Origin: Phycisphaera mikurensis NBRC 102666
Lineage (GTDB): Bacteria; Planctomycetota; Phycisphaerae; Phycisphaerales; Phycisphaeraceae
Reading direction: 5' to 3'
DNA length: 32,000 nucleotides
Assembly: GCF_000284115.1 (NCBI RefSeq)
Contig: NC_017080.1
Coordinates: 3,330,001 to 3,362,000 of the forward strand
The first letter of the stretch is position 1; every line of letters begins with the position of its first letter. Below the pieces are notes generated by a model. It saw nothing but the letters and a program-made list of their open reading frames with translations, was not told the DNA's origin and ran no database searches. Both the position numbers and the translations under genes were made by a program. Positions 9,617-17,652 of this stretch are shown here, one piece after another.

Positions 9617-10561
9617 TCAAGCACCGGCGGGCCGGTCGTCGTCGGCGAGCCAGCGGAGGCTGCCGGGCAGGACCTCGGCGGCGACCGGATCGAGCACGCG
9701 GCGGAGCGAGACCGAGTCGACCTGCAGCCCCGCGGTGCCGTCACGCGTCTCCACGAAGAAGTAGCGGGAGCCGAGGGGCGGCAGCGGCGGGAGCGTGAGG
9801 TCGTCGACGATCGTCACGAACGCTCCCGCGACCGGCCCGACGACCGCCTGCTGGACCACCAGATGGAGGGCGCGGGCCTCGAGACCGACGCGGAGGTGAT
9901 CCCCACCGGAGGTCACGCGCGCCGTGGCGGCCAGCCGGAAGGTGGCATCGGTGAGCAGATCCGCGGGCATCGGCACCTCGAGGCCGTCGCTGGGCTCGTC
10001 GCGGTCGTCGAGCTCGGCGACCCGGCGGCCCCCCAGGCGGACGCGACGCAGCTCGGCGTCCTCGTCGCCGCGGCCCAAGGTGGGCGCCACGCCGTGCTCG
10101 AAGGACGGATTCGGCAGGAGCTCGGGCCCGAGCCGGGGCGGCTCGCGGAGCGTCGCGGCGAGGACGCGCACCGAGTCACCGACTTGCGCCCGAACCCGCA
10201 CGCGGTGCACGCCGGGGGAGCCGGGTTCCGGCTCGACCTTCGTGTGCAGCGAGCCCTCGCCAAGCGGCTCGGGACCCGCCCAGCCCGCGGGCGGTGCCGC
10301 CGCGAAGGCGGCGTCGCGGCCGAGACGGTTCGCCGCCGCCGCGACGCCGGCGACCGCGAGCGACTCCGCGACGGCGGCATCGGTGCCCAGGGCCGCGGTG
10401 GCGCGGACCAGCCGCGCCGCCAGCAGCCCGGAGATGCCCAGGATGGCGACCATCGCGGAGGTCCCGAGCACGAGCAGGTAGACCGAGCCGCCGCGGCGGG
10501 CGCGGCACGTGCGGCACGCGCGACGCCGCGGGGGAACGCTACGGGGCGGGCGGAGGCTCAA
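9617..10561 (-). CDS. PilX/GspK-like minor pseudopilin-like protein with C-terminal beta-sandwich/CBM-like region
   Basis: TTG start at 10561 overlaps the upstream TGA (TTGA). RRGGSVYLLVLGTSAMVAILGISGLLAARLVR membrane segment, then ELLPNPSFEHG...SGGDHLRVGLEARALHLVVQQ...GSRYFFVETRDGTAGLQVDSVSL. Confidence 0.6.
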   Translation of the reverse strand: MSLRPPRSVPPRRRACRTCRARRGGSVYLLVLGTSAMVAILGISGLLAARLVRATAALGTDAAVAESLAVAGVAAAANRLGRDAAFAAAPPAGWAGPEPLGEGSLHTKVEPEPGSPGVHRVRVRAQVGDSVRVLAATLREPPRLGPELLPNPSFEHGVAPTLGRGDEDAELRRVRLGGRRVAELDDRDEPSDGLEVPMPADLLTDATFRLAATARVTSGGDHLRVGLEARALHLVVQQAVVGPVAGAFVTIVDDLTLPPLPPLGSRYFFVETRDGTAGLQVDSVSLRRVLDPVAAEVLPGSLRWLADDDRPAGA

Positions 10562-11121
10562 CCCCCACCCCCCGCCGCGCGGCGGGTTGCCAGGCCCACG
10601 GCCTCGGCGAGCAGACGCTCGCCGCGGGTCACGCGCACGACCACCCGCTTGAGGCCCTCGTCGGCGCCGGCCTCCGTGCCCGGCGACGCCGCGGAGACGT
10701 GCCGCACCCAGGCCGCGCGGCGGAGGCCCGCGGTCCGCGGGATCTCGACGCCCTGGCGGTCGAGCAGCGGCGATCGGGACCAGCCGTCGACGTCGTCGAC
10801 GTCGTCGAAGCCGGTGCGGCCGGGCGCGGCCATCTCCTGCGCCGTCGGGCCCCACCCCGGCGCGAAGCCCGGGCGGTACGGCCCGTCCTCGGGGTCGTCG
10901 TACGCGAGCGCGAGCGCCTCGGCCACCAGGTCCTGCGCCAGCCGCGCCGCCAAGGCCCGCTCCGCCGAGCGGTGCCGCGTGCCCGCCGCCGCGGCCGAGG
11001 CGTGCAGGGCCGCCACCATGAGGCCCGCCACCAGCAGCATCGACAGCGTCGCCTCGACCAGCGAGACGCCGGCGCGGCCGCGGTCCGGCCGCGCCCGGAG
11101 GTTCGGCGGACCGGGGCTCAC
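10558..11121 (-). CDS. Minor pseudopilin-like protein (prepilin-type N-terminal methylation domain)
   Basis: GTG at 11121 overlaps upstream TGA; RGRAGVSLVEATLSMLLVAGLMVAALHASAAAAGTRH is a prepilin-type N-terminus. 187 aa. Confidence 0.72.
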   Translation of the reverse strand: MSPGPPNLRARPDRGRAGVSLVEATLSMLLVAGLMVAALHASAAAAGTRHRSAERALAARLAQDLVAEALALAYDDPEDGPYRPGFAPGWGPTAQEMAAPGRTGFDDVDDVDGWSRSPLLDRQGVEIPRTAGLRRAAWVRHVSAASPGTEAGADEGLKRVVVRVTRGERLLAEAVGLATRRAAGGGG

Positions 11122-12740
11122 GCGCCACCTCCGGCAGCGCCGCCGGTGGCGTCGAGCACGTCGAGCTCGACGCCCGTGGCGGAGGAAGCGAAGCGGAAAT
11201 CGTCGGCGTCGACGGCCGAACGCTCCACCGGGAGCGTCCCCACGGAAGCGCCGTTGACCGCCACGGACACCCGCTCGTGGTCGGGATCGAGCACCAGCGT
11301 CACGTCCGCCCAGCTCCCGCCGGGAAGGCCAACGCCGTGCCAGCCGCCGGCCGCGTCGCCGCTGCCGGGGCTGCTGAAGCGGATCCGCTGGCCCTCCGCG
11401 TCGCGGCGGACGTGGACCGCCACCCGGGCGGCTTCCGCACCGAGGCGGCCGAAGCGGACCTCCACGCCGCCGCCGCCGTCGCCGGCCGTGCGGTCGCGCA
11501 GACGCAGCCTCAGAAGGGTCGGGCCGGGCAGGCCGGCCGCCACGCCGCCGAGGCTGAAGCCCGCCCCGTCCCGCACGTCGAGCACCCCGCTGGCCACGGC
11601 GTTCGGCGGCAGGCCGCCGCCGAAGTCGGGCACGCCGTCGGCGTCGAGGTCCAGCAGGTGGGGCGCCGCGGCGAAGTCGGTGCGGCGTCGCCACCCGCTG
11701 GCGACGACACCGGGCGCCGGCGTCGCCACCGCGACCACATCCCGCGAGCCCGCGACGCCGAGCCGCAGCGTCGCCGGGCCCAGGAGAGAGCGATCGTGCG
11801 ACCAGGCCGGCCCGGGCGTCCAGGCACGGCCCCGCAGCTCGTGCCTGGCCCGCGCCGCCTGCACCCGCGTCCACGTGGAGCCGCCGTCGGTGGAGGTGAA
11901 GAGGCCGTCGGCGAAGTTCGCGTCGGCGTCGCCGGTCTCGAACACCGCGGCGTCCTCGGGCGAGACCTCCGCGGTCTGCAGCGTCGCGACCAGGCCCACG
12001 CCCGCCGGCACGCGCAGCGCCCCGCCGTCGGCGGCGAAGGCGAGCGTCTCCCACGTCATGTGGTGATCCATGTCGCTGCGCCCGAGCTGCACCCCGGCGA
12101 GCACGGGGCCCGCCGGCCGGTCCCCCGCCCAGCGGCGGATCCGCAGGTCGAGCACCCCGGTCGAGTGGATGTGCTCGAGGCGCAGCCTCAACGCGCACAG
12201 CTCCCACGCGACGGCGTCCGCGGGCAGCGTCGGGAGCAGCGGCACCGCGAAGCCCGCCACGGCCCGCACGGTCCGCTCGTCCTCTGTGTCCCCGAAGCCG
12301 CCCAGCGGCTCCTCCTCCCCCCGCTCGGGGACGCCCGGCTGCGGGAGGCTCAGCGTCCGGACGCTCGGGAGGAGCGTGAACGCGTCCAGCGGGCCGCTCG
12401 CCTCCTCGATCGGGCCGCCGTTCCAGCGGCGTTGCAGCGGCGCCCCCGGCTCATTCTCACGCCACCAGCGGACCGACTCCGGCAGACCGTCGCCGTCGCG
12501 ATCGGGCAGCGCCAGCGTGACGTCCGAGGCGCCCTGCGGGGTGACCACCAGCGCGACGGCGAGCTCGGAGGCGAGGCGGGCCGCCGCGTCGCCGGCCCGC
12601 CGCTCCGCCTCGGCGGGCCCGTCGGGCGCCGGCACGGTCCGCACCGCCACCAGCAAGGCCGAGCTCATCCCCAGGAGCAGCACCGAGCTGATGCCCAGCG
12701 CGAGCACCAGCTCCACGAGCGTCGCGCCGGCGCGCCTCAC
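11118..12740 (-). CDS. Large (540 aa) GspJ-like minor pseudopilin with LamG/ConA-like C-terminal region
   Basis: GTG at 12740 overlaps upstream TGA; VRRAGATLVELVLALGISSVLLLGMSSALLVAVRT; internal PDRDGDGLPE and DLDADGVPD Ca-loop-like motifs, Asp-box-like STDGGSTW, and SWADVTLVLDPDHERVSVAVNGASVGTLP near the C-terminus. Confidence 0.7.
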   Translation of the reverse strand: MRRAGATLVELVLALGISSVLLLGMSSALLVAVRTVPAPDGPAEAERRAGDAAARLASELAVALVVTPQGASDVTLALPDRDGDGLPESVRWWRENEPGAPLQRRWNGGPIEEASGPLDAFTLLPSVRTLSLPQPGVPERGEEEPLGGFGDTEDERTVRAVAGFAVPLLPTLPADAVAWELCALRLRLEHIHSTGVLDLRIRRWAGDRPAGPVLAGVQLGRSDMDHHMTWETLAFAADGGALRVPAGVGLVATLQTAEVSPEDAAVFETGDADANFADGLFTSTDGGSTWTRVQAARARHELRGRAWTPGPAWSHDRSLLGPATLRLGVAGSRDVVAVATPAPGVVASGWRRRTDFAAAPHLLDLDADGVPDFGGGLPPNAVASGVLDVRDGAGFSLGGVAAGLPGPTLLRLRLRDRTAGDGGGGVEVRFGRLGAEAARVAVHVRRDAEGQRIRFSSPGSGDAAGGWHGVGLPGGSWADVTLVLDPDHERVSVAVNGASVGTLPVERSAVDADDFRFASSATGVELDVLDATGGAAGGGA

Positions 12741-13234
12741 CGCAGGATCTCCGTGGAGCCCGACCCCGCGTCGACGGTCACGCGGAGTTGCCGCGAACCG
12801 ACGCCCAGGGTGACCCAGCCGCCGCCGTCGGGCGTGCCCCACGCGTCGAAGGTCGGGCCGGGGCGGTTCCCGAACGCGACGGCGTCGATCTTCACGGCCA
12901 GCGGGTCGTCGTGGAGGCGGAGCGGGGCCGCCGGCGACCCGTTCTGCGGGTTCGCCCCGGCCGGCAGCCCGCTGGGGGTGGCCGTGCCCGCCGCCGCGTC
13001 GAAGGCGACGGTCACGGGCGAGCGGGTGGCGGCGGCCGCCGCCCGGGCGTGGTCCAGCCGGGCCGCCACCTGCCCGGCCGCCGCCCGGAGGCGTGCGTCG
13101 GCCAGCGACCGGCTGTACCGCGGGGCGGCGATCATCGCCCCCGCCCCGACCAGCGTCAGCACCAGCACCAGCTCCACCAGCGTGAAGGCGCGGACGGATC
13201 GGGCGGGGCTCGGCGTGGACGCGGCGGTCATCAC
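12737..13234 (-). CDS. GspH-like pseudopilin
   Basis: VRAFTLVELVLVLTLVGAGAMIAAPRYSRSLADARLRAAAGQVAARLDHARAAA prepilin-type N-terminus. The start may be GTG 13234 or ATG 13231. Confidence 0.82.
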   Translation of the reverse strand: MMTAASTPSPARSVRAFTLVELVLVLTLVGAGAMIAAPRYSRSLADARLRAAAGQVAARLDHARAAAAATRSPVTVAFDAAAGTATPSGLPAGANPQNGSPAAPLRLHDDPLAVKIDAVAFGNRPGPTFDAWGTPDGGGWVTLGVGSRQLRVTVDAGSGSTEILR

Positions 13235-13253
13235 AGCGGCGGCGTCCGCGTGC

Positions 13254-13718
13254 TCAGAAGCGGCCGGCGGCGTTGCCCCAGATGCGGCCGGACGCCTCGT
13301 GGTAGAGCCAGCCGACGCCCGCGGTGCTCGAGACCGTCGTCGGCTTGGCGGCCACGCCTTCGACGCCCGCGTTGCCCTTCGCGTCGCCCACCTTCAACTC
13401 GGGCACCGCGACCAGGTACGGCCCGTAGTCGTAGCCCGGGGCCGGCTCGGCGACGGCGCCGCCGGCCTCGTTGGTGAAGGTGGTCAGCTGATCGGTGAAG
13501 CTCGTCGCGCTGGGGAACGCTCCGTGCTCGGCGGCGTAGAGCTCGATGGCGTTGCGGAGCACGGCGAGATCGGCCACGTAGGCGTTCTCGCTGGCGTTGG
13601 CGGCGCCCTGGCTGAAGCGGGGGATGGCGATCGCCGCGAGCAGGCCGATGATCACGACCACGATGATGAGCTCCACCAGGCTGAAGGCGGCGGAGCGGCG
13701 GGGTTGACGTGTGGGCAT
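13254..13718 (-). CDS. GspG-like major pseudopilin / type IV pilin-like protein
   Basis: ATG at 13718 with AAAGAGG-type SD: MPTRQPRRSAAFSLVELIIVVVIIGLLAAIAIPRFSQGAANASENAYVADLAVLRNAIELYAAEHGAFPS. Confidence 0.88.
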   Translation of the reverse strand: MPTRQPRRSAAFSLVELIIVVVIIGLLAAIAIPRFSQGAANASENAYVADLAVLRNAIELYAAEHGAFPSATSFTDQLTTFTNEAGGAVAEPAPGYDYGPYLVAVPELKVGDAKGNAGVEGVAAKPTTVSSTAGVGWLYHEASGRIWGNAAGRF

Positions 13719-13872
13719 GGCGATTCCTCTTTCGTGCGGATGGGGTGGCCTCGGAAGCGTTCCGAGCCGGTTCTTCGCGATCATCGGCACGACGCGGCCC
13801 GGAGTGAAGAAACGTACGGGATTTCCTGTAAATTCAGGCGGCAGCGGGTCGGGGCGGACACGCCCGGAGGCG

Positions 13873-14448
13873 TCAGGGCAGGAACAGCGGGTCCGCGCCC
13901 GCGAGCGGCGTCGCCCGCGGCGGGTCGGCGGCGCGCAGCCCGGCGCGGAAGCGGAGGCCGCGGCCCGCCCACACCGCATACCGCCCGCGGATCGACTCGA
14001 GCTTCATCCCGTCGACCGTCGCCCCCACCTGCACCACCCGGCCGGCGACCACCGCCCGCGCTTCGGGCCCCTCGCCGAGGACGGCTTCGAGCGGGTGGCG
14101 CCGCAGGAACGAGCGGACGTCGAAGGGGTCGATGGCCGCCCAACGCGCCTCGACGTCCGGCGCCGCGGCGGCGGGCGCCACGCGGAAGGGGTCCGCGGCG
14201 GGTGCGGCGCCGGCGGCCGCCGGATCGGCGCCCCCGTCGCGCCGCAGGCGCCGGTCGATGCGTCCCGCCGGCCCCGGCGGAAACGCCGCGTCGGGCGTCG
14301 CCCCCGGAGCCGCGGCGGGCGCGGCGGCCGGCGCCGCGGCGGGCGGCGACGCGGTGGCGGTGGCGGGGCTGCCCCCGATGCGATCGAGGGCGACCACGCC
14401 CGCGGCGAGGGCGGCGGCGACGGCGAGGTTCCGGGTCCGCTTGTTCAA
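13873..14448 (-). CDS. PilP/GspC-like assembly protein (tentative)
   Basis: TTG start at 14448 overlaps upstream TGA; single N-terminal membrane segment, Pro/Ala-rich linker, then PLEAVLGEGPEARAVVAGRVVQVGATVDGMKLESIRGRYAVWAGRGLRFRAGL. Operon position supports the call. Confidence 0.45.
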   Translation of the reverse strand: MNKRTRNLAVAAALAAGVVALDRIGGSPATATASPPAAAPAAAPAAAPGATPDAAFPPGPAGRIDRRLRRDGGADPAAAGAAPAADPFRVAPAAAAPDVEARWAAIDPFDVRSFLRRHPLEAVLGEGPEARAVVAGRVVQVGATVDGMKLESIRGRYAVWAGRGLRFRAGLRAADPPRATPLAGADPLFLP

Positions 14449-15002
14449 GGCACGCCTCCGGGTGCCTCGGGCGGGACGATCGACCACGTCAGCAGGTGGC
14501 GGCCGAGCAGCCCGCCGCCCTCGGGCCGCAGGGAAAGCGACGTCGAGCGGAGGTCGCGCGGGCCGCTCTGGATGCGGCCCAGGAAGGCCCGGTGCGCCGC
14601 GTACGAGCCGCGGGCCTCCAGCTCGATCGCCACCTCCGCCCACCCGCCCGCGCGGACCGGCTCGCCGGGATCGAGGCGGAGCACCTCCAGCCCCCCGGAG
14701 GCCGCGAGGTCGAGGAGGCCGGCCAGGCGCGCGTTGCGTTCCTCGGAGCGGCCGGCGACCACGCCGGCCGCCGCCCGCTCGGCGAGGCGGGCCTCCTCCG
14801 CGCGGGCGGCGGCCAGCTCGACCGCCACTTCGTGACGCTCCGCCTTCGCGGCGGCCAGGCGTGACGCGGCGGCCTGCGTGGAAGCCGCGGCGGCGCGGGC
14901 GGGCGCGACCAGGCCCAGCCAGGCGGCCCCGGTCGAGCCCGCCACGATGGCTCCCGCGGCGGCGGCGGTGAGCAGCAGGCTCGGCGTGGGGCGGGGCTTC
15001 AT
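14445..15002 (-). CDS. PilO/GspM-like inner-membrane assembly protein
   Basis: ATG at 15002 overlaps upstream TGA (ATGA); one N-terminal TM, Ala-rich coiled coil, then a small C-terminal domain (AGGWAEVAIELEARGSYAAHRAFLGRIQ) as in PilO. Confidence 0.6.
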   Translation of the reverse strand: MKPRPTPSLLLTAAAAGAIVAGSTGAAWLGLVAPARAAAASTQAAASRLAAAKAERHEVAVELAAARAEEARLAERAAAGVVAGRSEERNARLAGLLDLAASGGLEVLRLDPGEPVRAGGWAEVAIELEARGSYAAHRAFLGRIQSGPRDLRSTSLSLRPEGGGLLGRHLLTWSIVPPEAPGGVP

Positions 15003-16516
15003 CCGGCGGGATCCCCATCGGGCCCGGCGGGCAGCGGCATGAGCTCCAGCAGGACCTCGAAGCGGACGCCTGGGGTCTCCGCGCCCACCCGGCGGGCGCG
15101 GGCCAGCTCCACCCGCTCGAAGAGCTCGCCGGCTTCCAGCGCCAGCGCGAAGGCCCAGGCGGCGGCCGGGTCGTCGGCCTCGCCGGCCACCCGGATCCGG
15201 GCTGCCCCGCCCGCGGCAGCCGGCGCGATCGAGAGCTCGGTGAAACGCACGCGGCCGCGGGCGTCGGCCGCGAGACGGTCGAGCAGCAGCCGCCAGTCGG
15301 GCCGGTCCGCCGCTCGCTCCGAAGCGACCGCCTCCGCGGCGAGGGCTTCCAGCCGGCCGCGGACGGCCTCGAGCTCGAGCCCCGCGGCGTGGGCCGCCAC
15401 CGCCTCCGCATCCGCCTCGGCCGCCAGCGTCGAGGCGTCCACGCGGGCACCGTCCGCCTCGTCGGGCCCCGACGAGGCGAGCAGCGCGGCAATCACCGCG
15501 ACCGCGGCGGCGTAACCCGCGGCGCTGCCGAGGAGCCCGCCGCGCGCCCGAGCCTCCCGGCGGCGACGGCGGATCGCCGGGGGGAGCAGGTCCACCGCGT
15601 CGTCCGCACCCCCGCCGAGCCCCGCGGCCACCGCCGAGACGCCGGCCGCGCCGCCAATCGCGAGAAGCCGCAGGCCGAGGCGGTCCGCGAGGGCGGAGGC
15701 CCAGCGTCCGCCCGCGTCGCGGGTGCACAGCGCCGGATCCGACTCCGCCCCCAGCAGGCGCTGGGCGTGCCGCAGCCCCGGCGACAGCTCCGCCGCGAGC
15801 GCCTCGCACTCGGCCGGCGAGGCCTCCCGGCCCTCCGCAGGCGGGATGGCGTGCAGGCCCCGCAGGTAGACGCACCGGCCGCCGCACGCCACCACCAGCT
15901 GGCCGCCGAAGCCGGCCTCGCCGGGCGATTCCCACCGGTCCAGCAGCACGAGCACCTCCCCGCCGCCGGCGGCCGATCCGAGGGCCGCGGCCCGGGCCAG
16001 GGCATCGGCACGGCTCCGCACGCCGACCACGCGCAGCCCGGCCCCGGCGAGGGCGGCGCAGCCGAGCTCCAGCGGCGTGCGGCGGCAGCCGCGAACCAGG
16101 AAGCCCCGGCCGTTGCCCATCGCGGTGGCGACGCCGAGGAAGTCGTCCTCCGCCGCGCCGACGGCGGCGGCGCCGCGGCGGACCGCTTCGGCGGCGGCGG
16201 CCGCTTCGGAAGCACCCGCCGCCCGCGTGCCGCCCTCGATGCACGTCGAGAAGCAGGCTTCCTGAGGGACCGAGAGCACGACCCGGCGGCCGCGGAAGCG
16301 GCGGCGGGCGAGCACGCGGGCGAGCGCCTCGGACTCCGCCGGACCGGGCCAAGCCGCGTCCGCGGCGTCCGGCGGTCGCTCGGGGCGGGGCACCTCCACG
16401 GCATCGATCGGCGTGCCGTCGGCGGCCTGCTGCGCCGCCCGGATCGTGCGGCCGTCCACCTCGAGGCGGATCGGGCCGCAGCGCCCGGGGAGCCCTCGGA
16501 GCAGCGGCACGCTCAC
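14999..16516 (-). CDS. GspL-like protein (PilM actin-like domain fused to PilN-like domain)
   Basis: GTG at 16516 overlaps upstream TGA. N-terminal ~360 aa ATPase-fold-like region (RRVVLSVPQEACFSTCIE...), then DLLPPAIRRRRREARARGGLLGSAAGYAAAVAVIAALLAS (PilN-like TM start) and a ferredoxin-like tail. Confidence 0.65.
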   Translation of the reverse strand: MSVPLLRGLPGRCGPIRLEVDGRTIRAAQQAADGTPIDAVEVPRPERPPDAADAAWPGPAESEALARVLARRRFRGRRVVLSVPQEACFSTCIEGGTRAAGASEAAAAAEAVRRGAAAVGAAEDDFLGVATAMGNGRGFLVRGCRRTPLELGCAALAGAGLRVVGVRSRADALARAAALGSAAGGGEVLVLLDRWESPGEAGFGGQLVVACGGRCVYLRGLHAIPPAEGREASPAECEALAAELSPGLRHAQRLLGAESDPALCTRDAGGRWASALADRLGLRLLAIGGAAGVSAVAAGLGGGADDAVDLLPPAIRRRRREARARGGLLGSAAGYAAAVAVIAALLASSGPDEADGARVDASTLAAEADAEAVAAHAAGLELEAVRGRLEALAAEAVASERAADRPDWRLLLDRLAADARGRVRFTELSIAPAAAGGAARIRVAGEADDPAAAWAFALALEAGELFERVELARARRVGAETPGVRFEVLLELMPLPAGPDGDPAG

Positions 16517-17652
16517 GAGCCGCCCCCGCCCGCCATCGCCGTGAGGTCGAACAGCGGCAGGAACATGCTCATCGCCAGCGCCCCCACCACGAGGCCGAGC
16601 AGCAGGAGGATCACCGGTTCGAGGGTCTTGGTCAGCAGCCGCACCAACGCGTCGTTCTCCTGCTCGAGGAACTCCGCCACCGCCACCATCGCCGGTCCGA
16701 GGCGGCCGCTGGACTCGGCGCTGCGGAAGGCCTCGTACACCGAAGGCGCAATCAGGTCCGGGTCGTCGAAGGCGGCGGAGACGCCCTCGCCGCGGTCCAC
16801 GGACGTCTCCGCCGCGTCGAGCAAAGCGCGGTAGCGGGCGTTGCCGCAGGATCCACGGACCAGCGCCAGCACCTCCATCAGCGGGAGGTGGCAGTCGGTC
16901 AGCACGCCGAAGAGCCGGACGATCTGCGCCGTGGCCAAGCCTTTGATCACCGGCCCCAAGCCCGGCACGCGGAGCAGGGTGGCGTCGAGCGCGAGCCGGC
17001 CGGCGGGGCTGCGGACCAGCAAGAAGCCGGCGGTCGCCGCGGCGGCCAGGCCGCCGCCGATCCACAAGCCCTGGTCGCGGAGGGTCTGGCTGGTCCACAC
17101 CGTGATCTGCGTGGTCGGCGGCATCGGCACGTTGAGCGTCTCGAAGAGCCCCGCGAAACGCGGCACGACGAACAGCAGCATCGAGACGCCCACCGCCGTC
17201 ACCACCGCCAAGAGCGCGAGCGGGTAGGCCAGCGCGGCGATGACCGCCGAGCGCACCTGCAGGTCCTTCTGGATCAGCCCCGCGACGCGCTCGAGCATGT
17301 CGCCCAGCCGCCCCGTCGACTCGCCCGCGGCGACCAGCCCGCGCGACACCGCCGGGAACAGCTCCGGCCGCCTGCCCATCGCCCCCGACAGCGAGCTGCC
17401 GCCCTCGATCGATTCCGCGAGCTCGGCGACGGTCCGCTCCCACAGCGGGTCGGCGGTCTGGCGGCGGAGCGCGTCGAGCGACTGCAGCAGCGGCGTGCCC
17501 GCCGAGAGCAGCAGCTGCAGCTGCCGGACGAAGAGCAGCAGCTGCCGCCGGCGGCCGAAGCGCTGCGCGGGCGTGAGGCGCCCGGCGGCGCGGGGCGGGG
17601 CGCCGGCCGGAGCGACCGGCGGCTCGAGGACGATGCCGGGGACGCCGCTCAC
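16513..17652 (-). CDS. GspF/PilC-family inner membrane platform protein
   Basis: GTG at 17652 overlaps upstream TGA. LLLFVRQLQLLLSAGTPLLQSLDALRRQ, EGGSSLSGAMGRRPELFPAVSRGLVAAGESTGRLGDMLERVA, EPVILLLLGLVVGALAMSMFLPLFDLTAM. Confidence 0.93.
   Translation of the reverse strand: MSGVPGIVLEPPVAPAGAPPRAAGRLTPAQRFGRRRQLLLFVRQLQLLLSAGTPLLQSLDALRRQTADPLWERTVAELAESIEGGSSLSGAMGRRPELFPAVSRGLVAAGESTGRLGDMLERVAGLIQKDLQVRSAVIAALAYPLALLAVVTAVGVSMLLFVVPRFAGLFETLNVPMPPTTQITVWTSQTLRDQGLWIGGGLAAAATAGFLLVRSPAGRLALDATLLRVPGLGPVIKGLATAQIVRLFGVLTDCHLPLMEVLALVRGSCGNARYRALLDAAETSVDRGEGVSAAFDDPDLIAPSVYEAFRSAESSGRLGPAMVAVAEFLEQENDALVRLLTKTLEPVILLLLGLVVGALAMSMFLPLFDLTAMAGGGGS

Noticed and set aside
9572-11257. 561-aa plus-strand ORF
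   Set aside because: Antisense to the PilX/GspK-like and minor pseudopilin genes; low-complexity translation.
11277-14864. 1195-aa plus-strand ORF opposite the pseudopilin genes
   Set aside because: Low-complexity Arg/Gly/His-rich translation antisense to clear prepilin-like proteins.
14445-16352. 635-aa minus-strand ORF call
   Set aside because: Only its last 185 residues (from ATG 15002) are plausible (PilO/GspM-like); the upstream part is an out-of-frame reading of the GspL-like gene. Similar start trimming was applied to the calls ending at 9617, 10558, 13873, 14999 and 16513.
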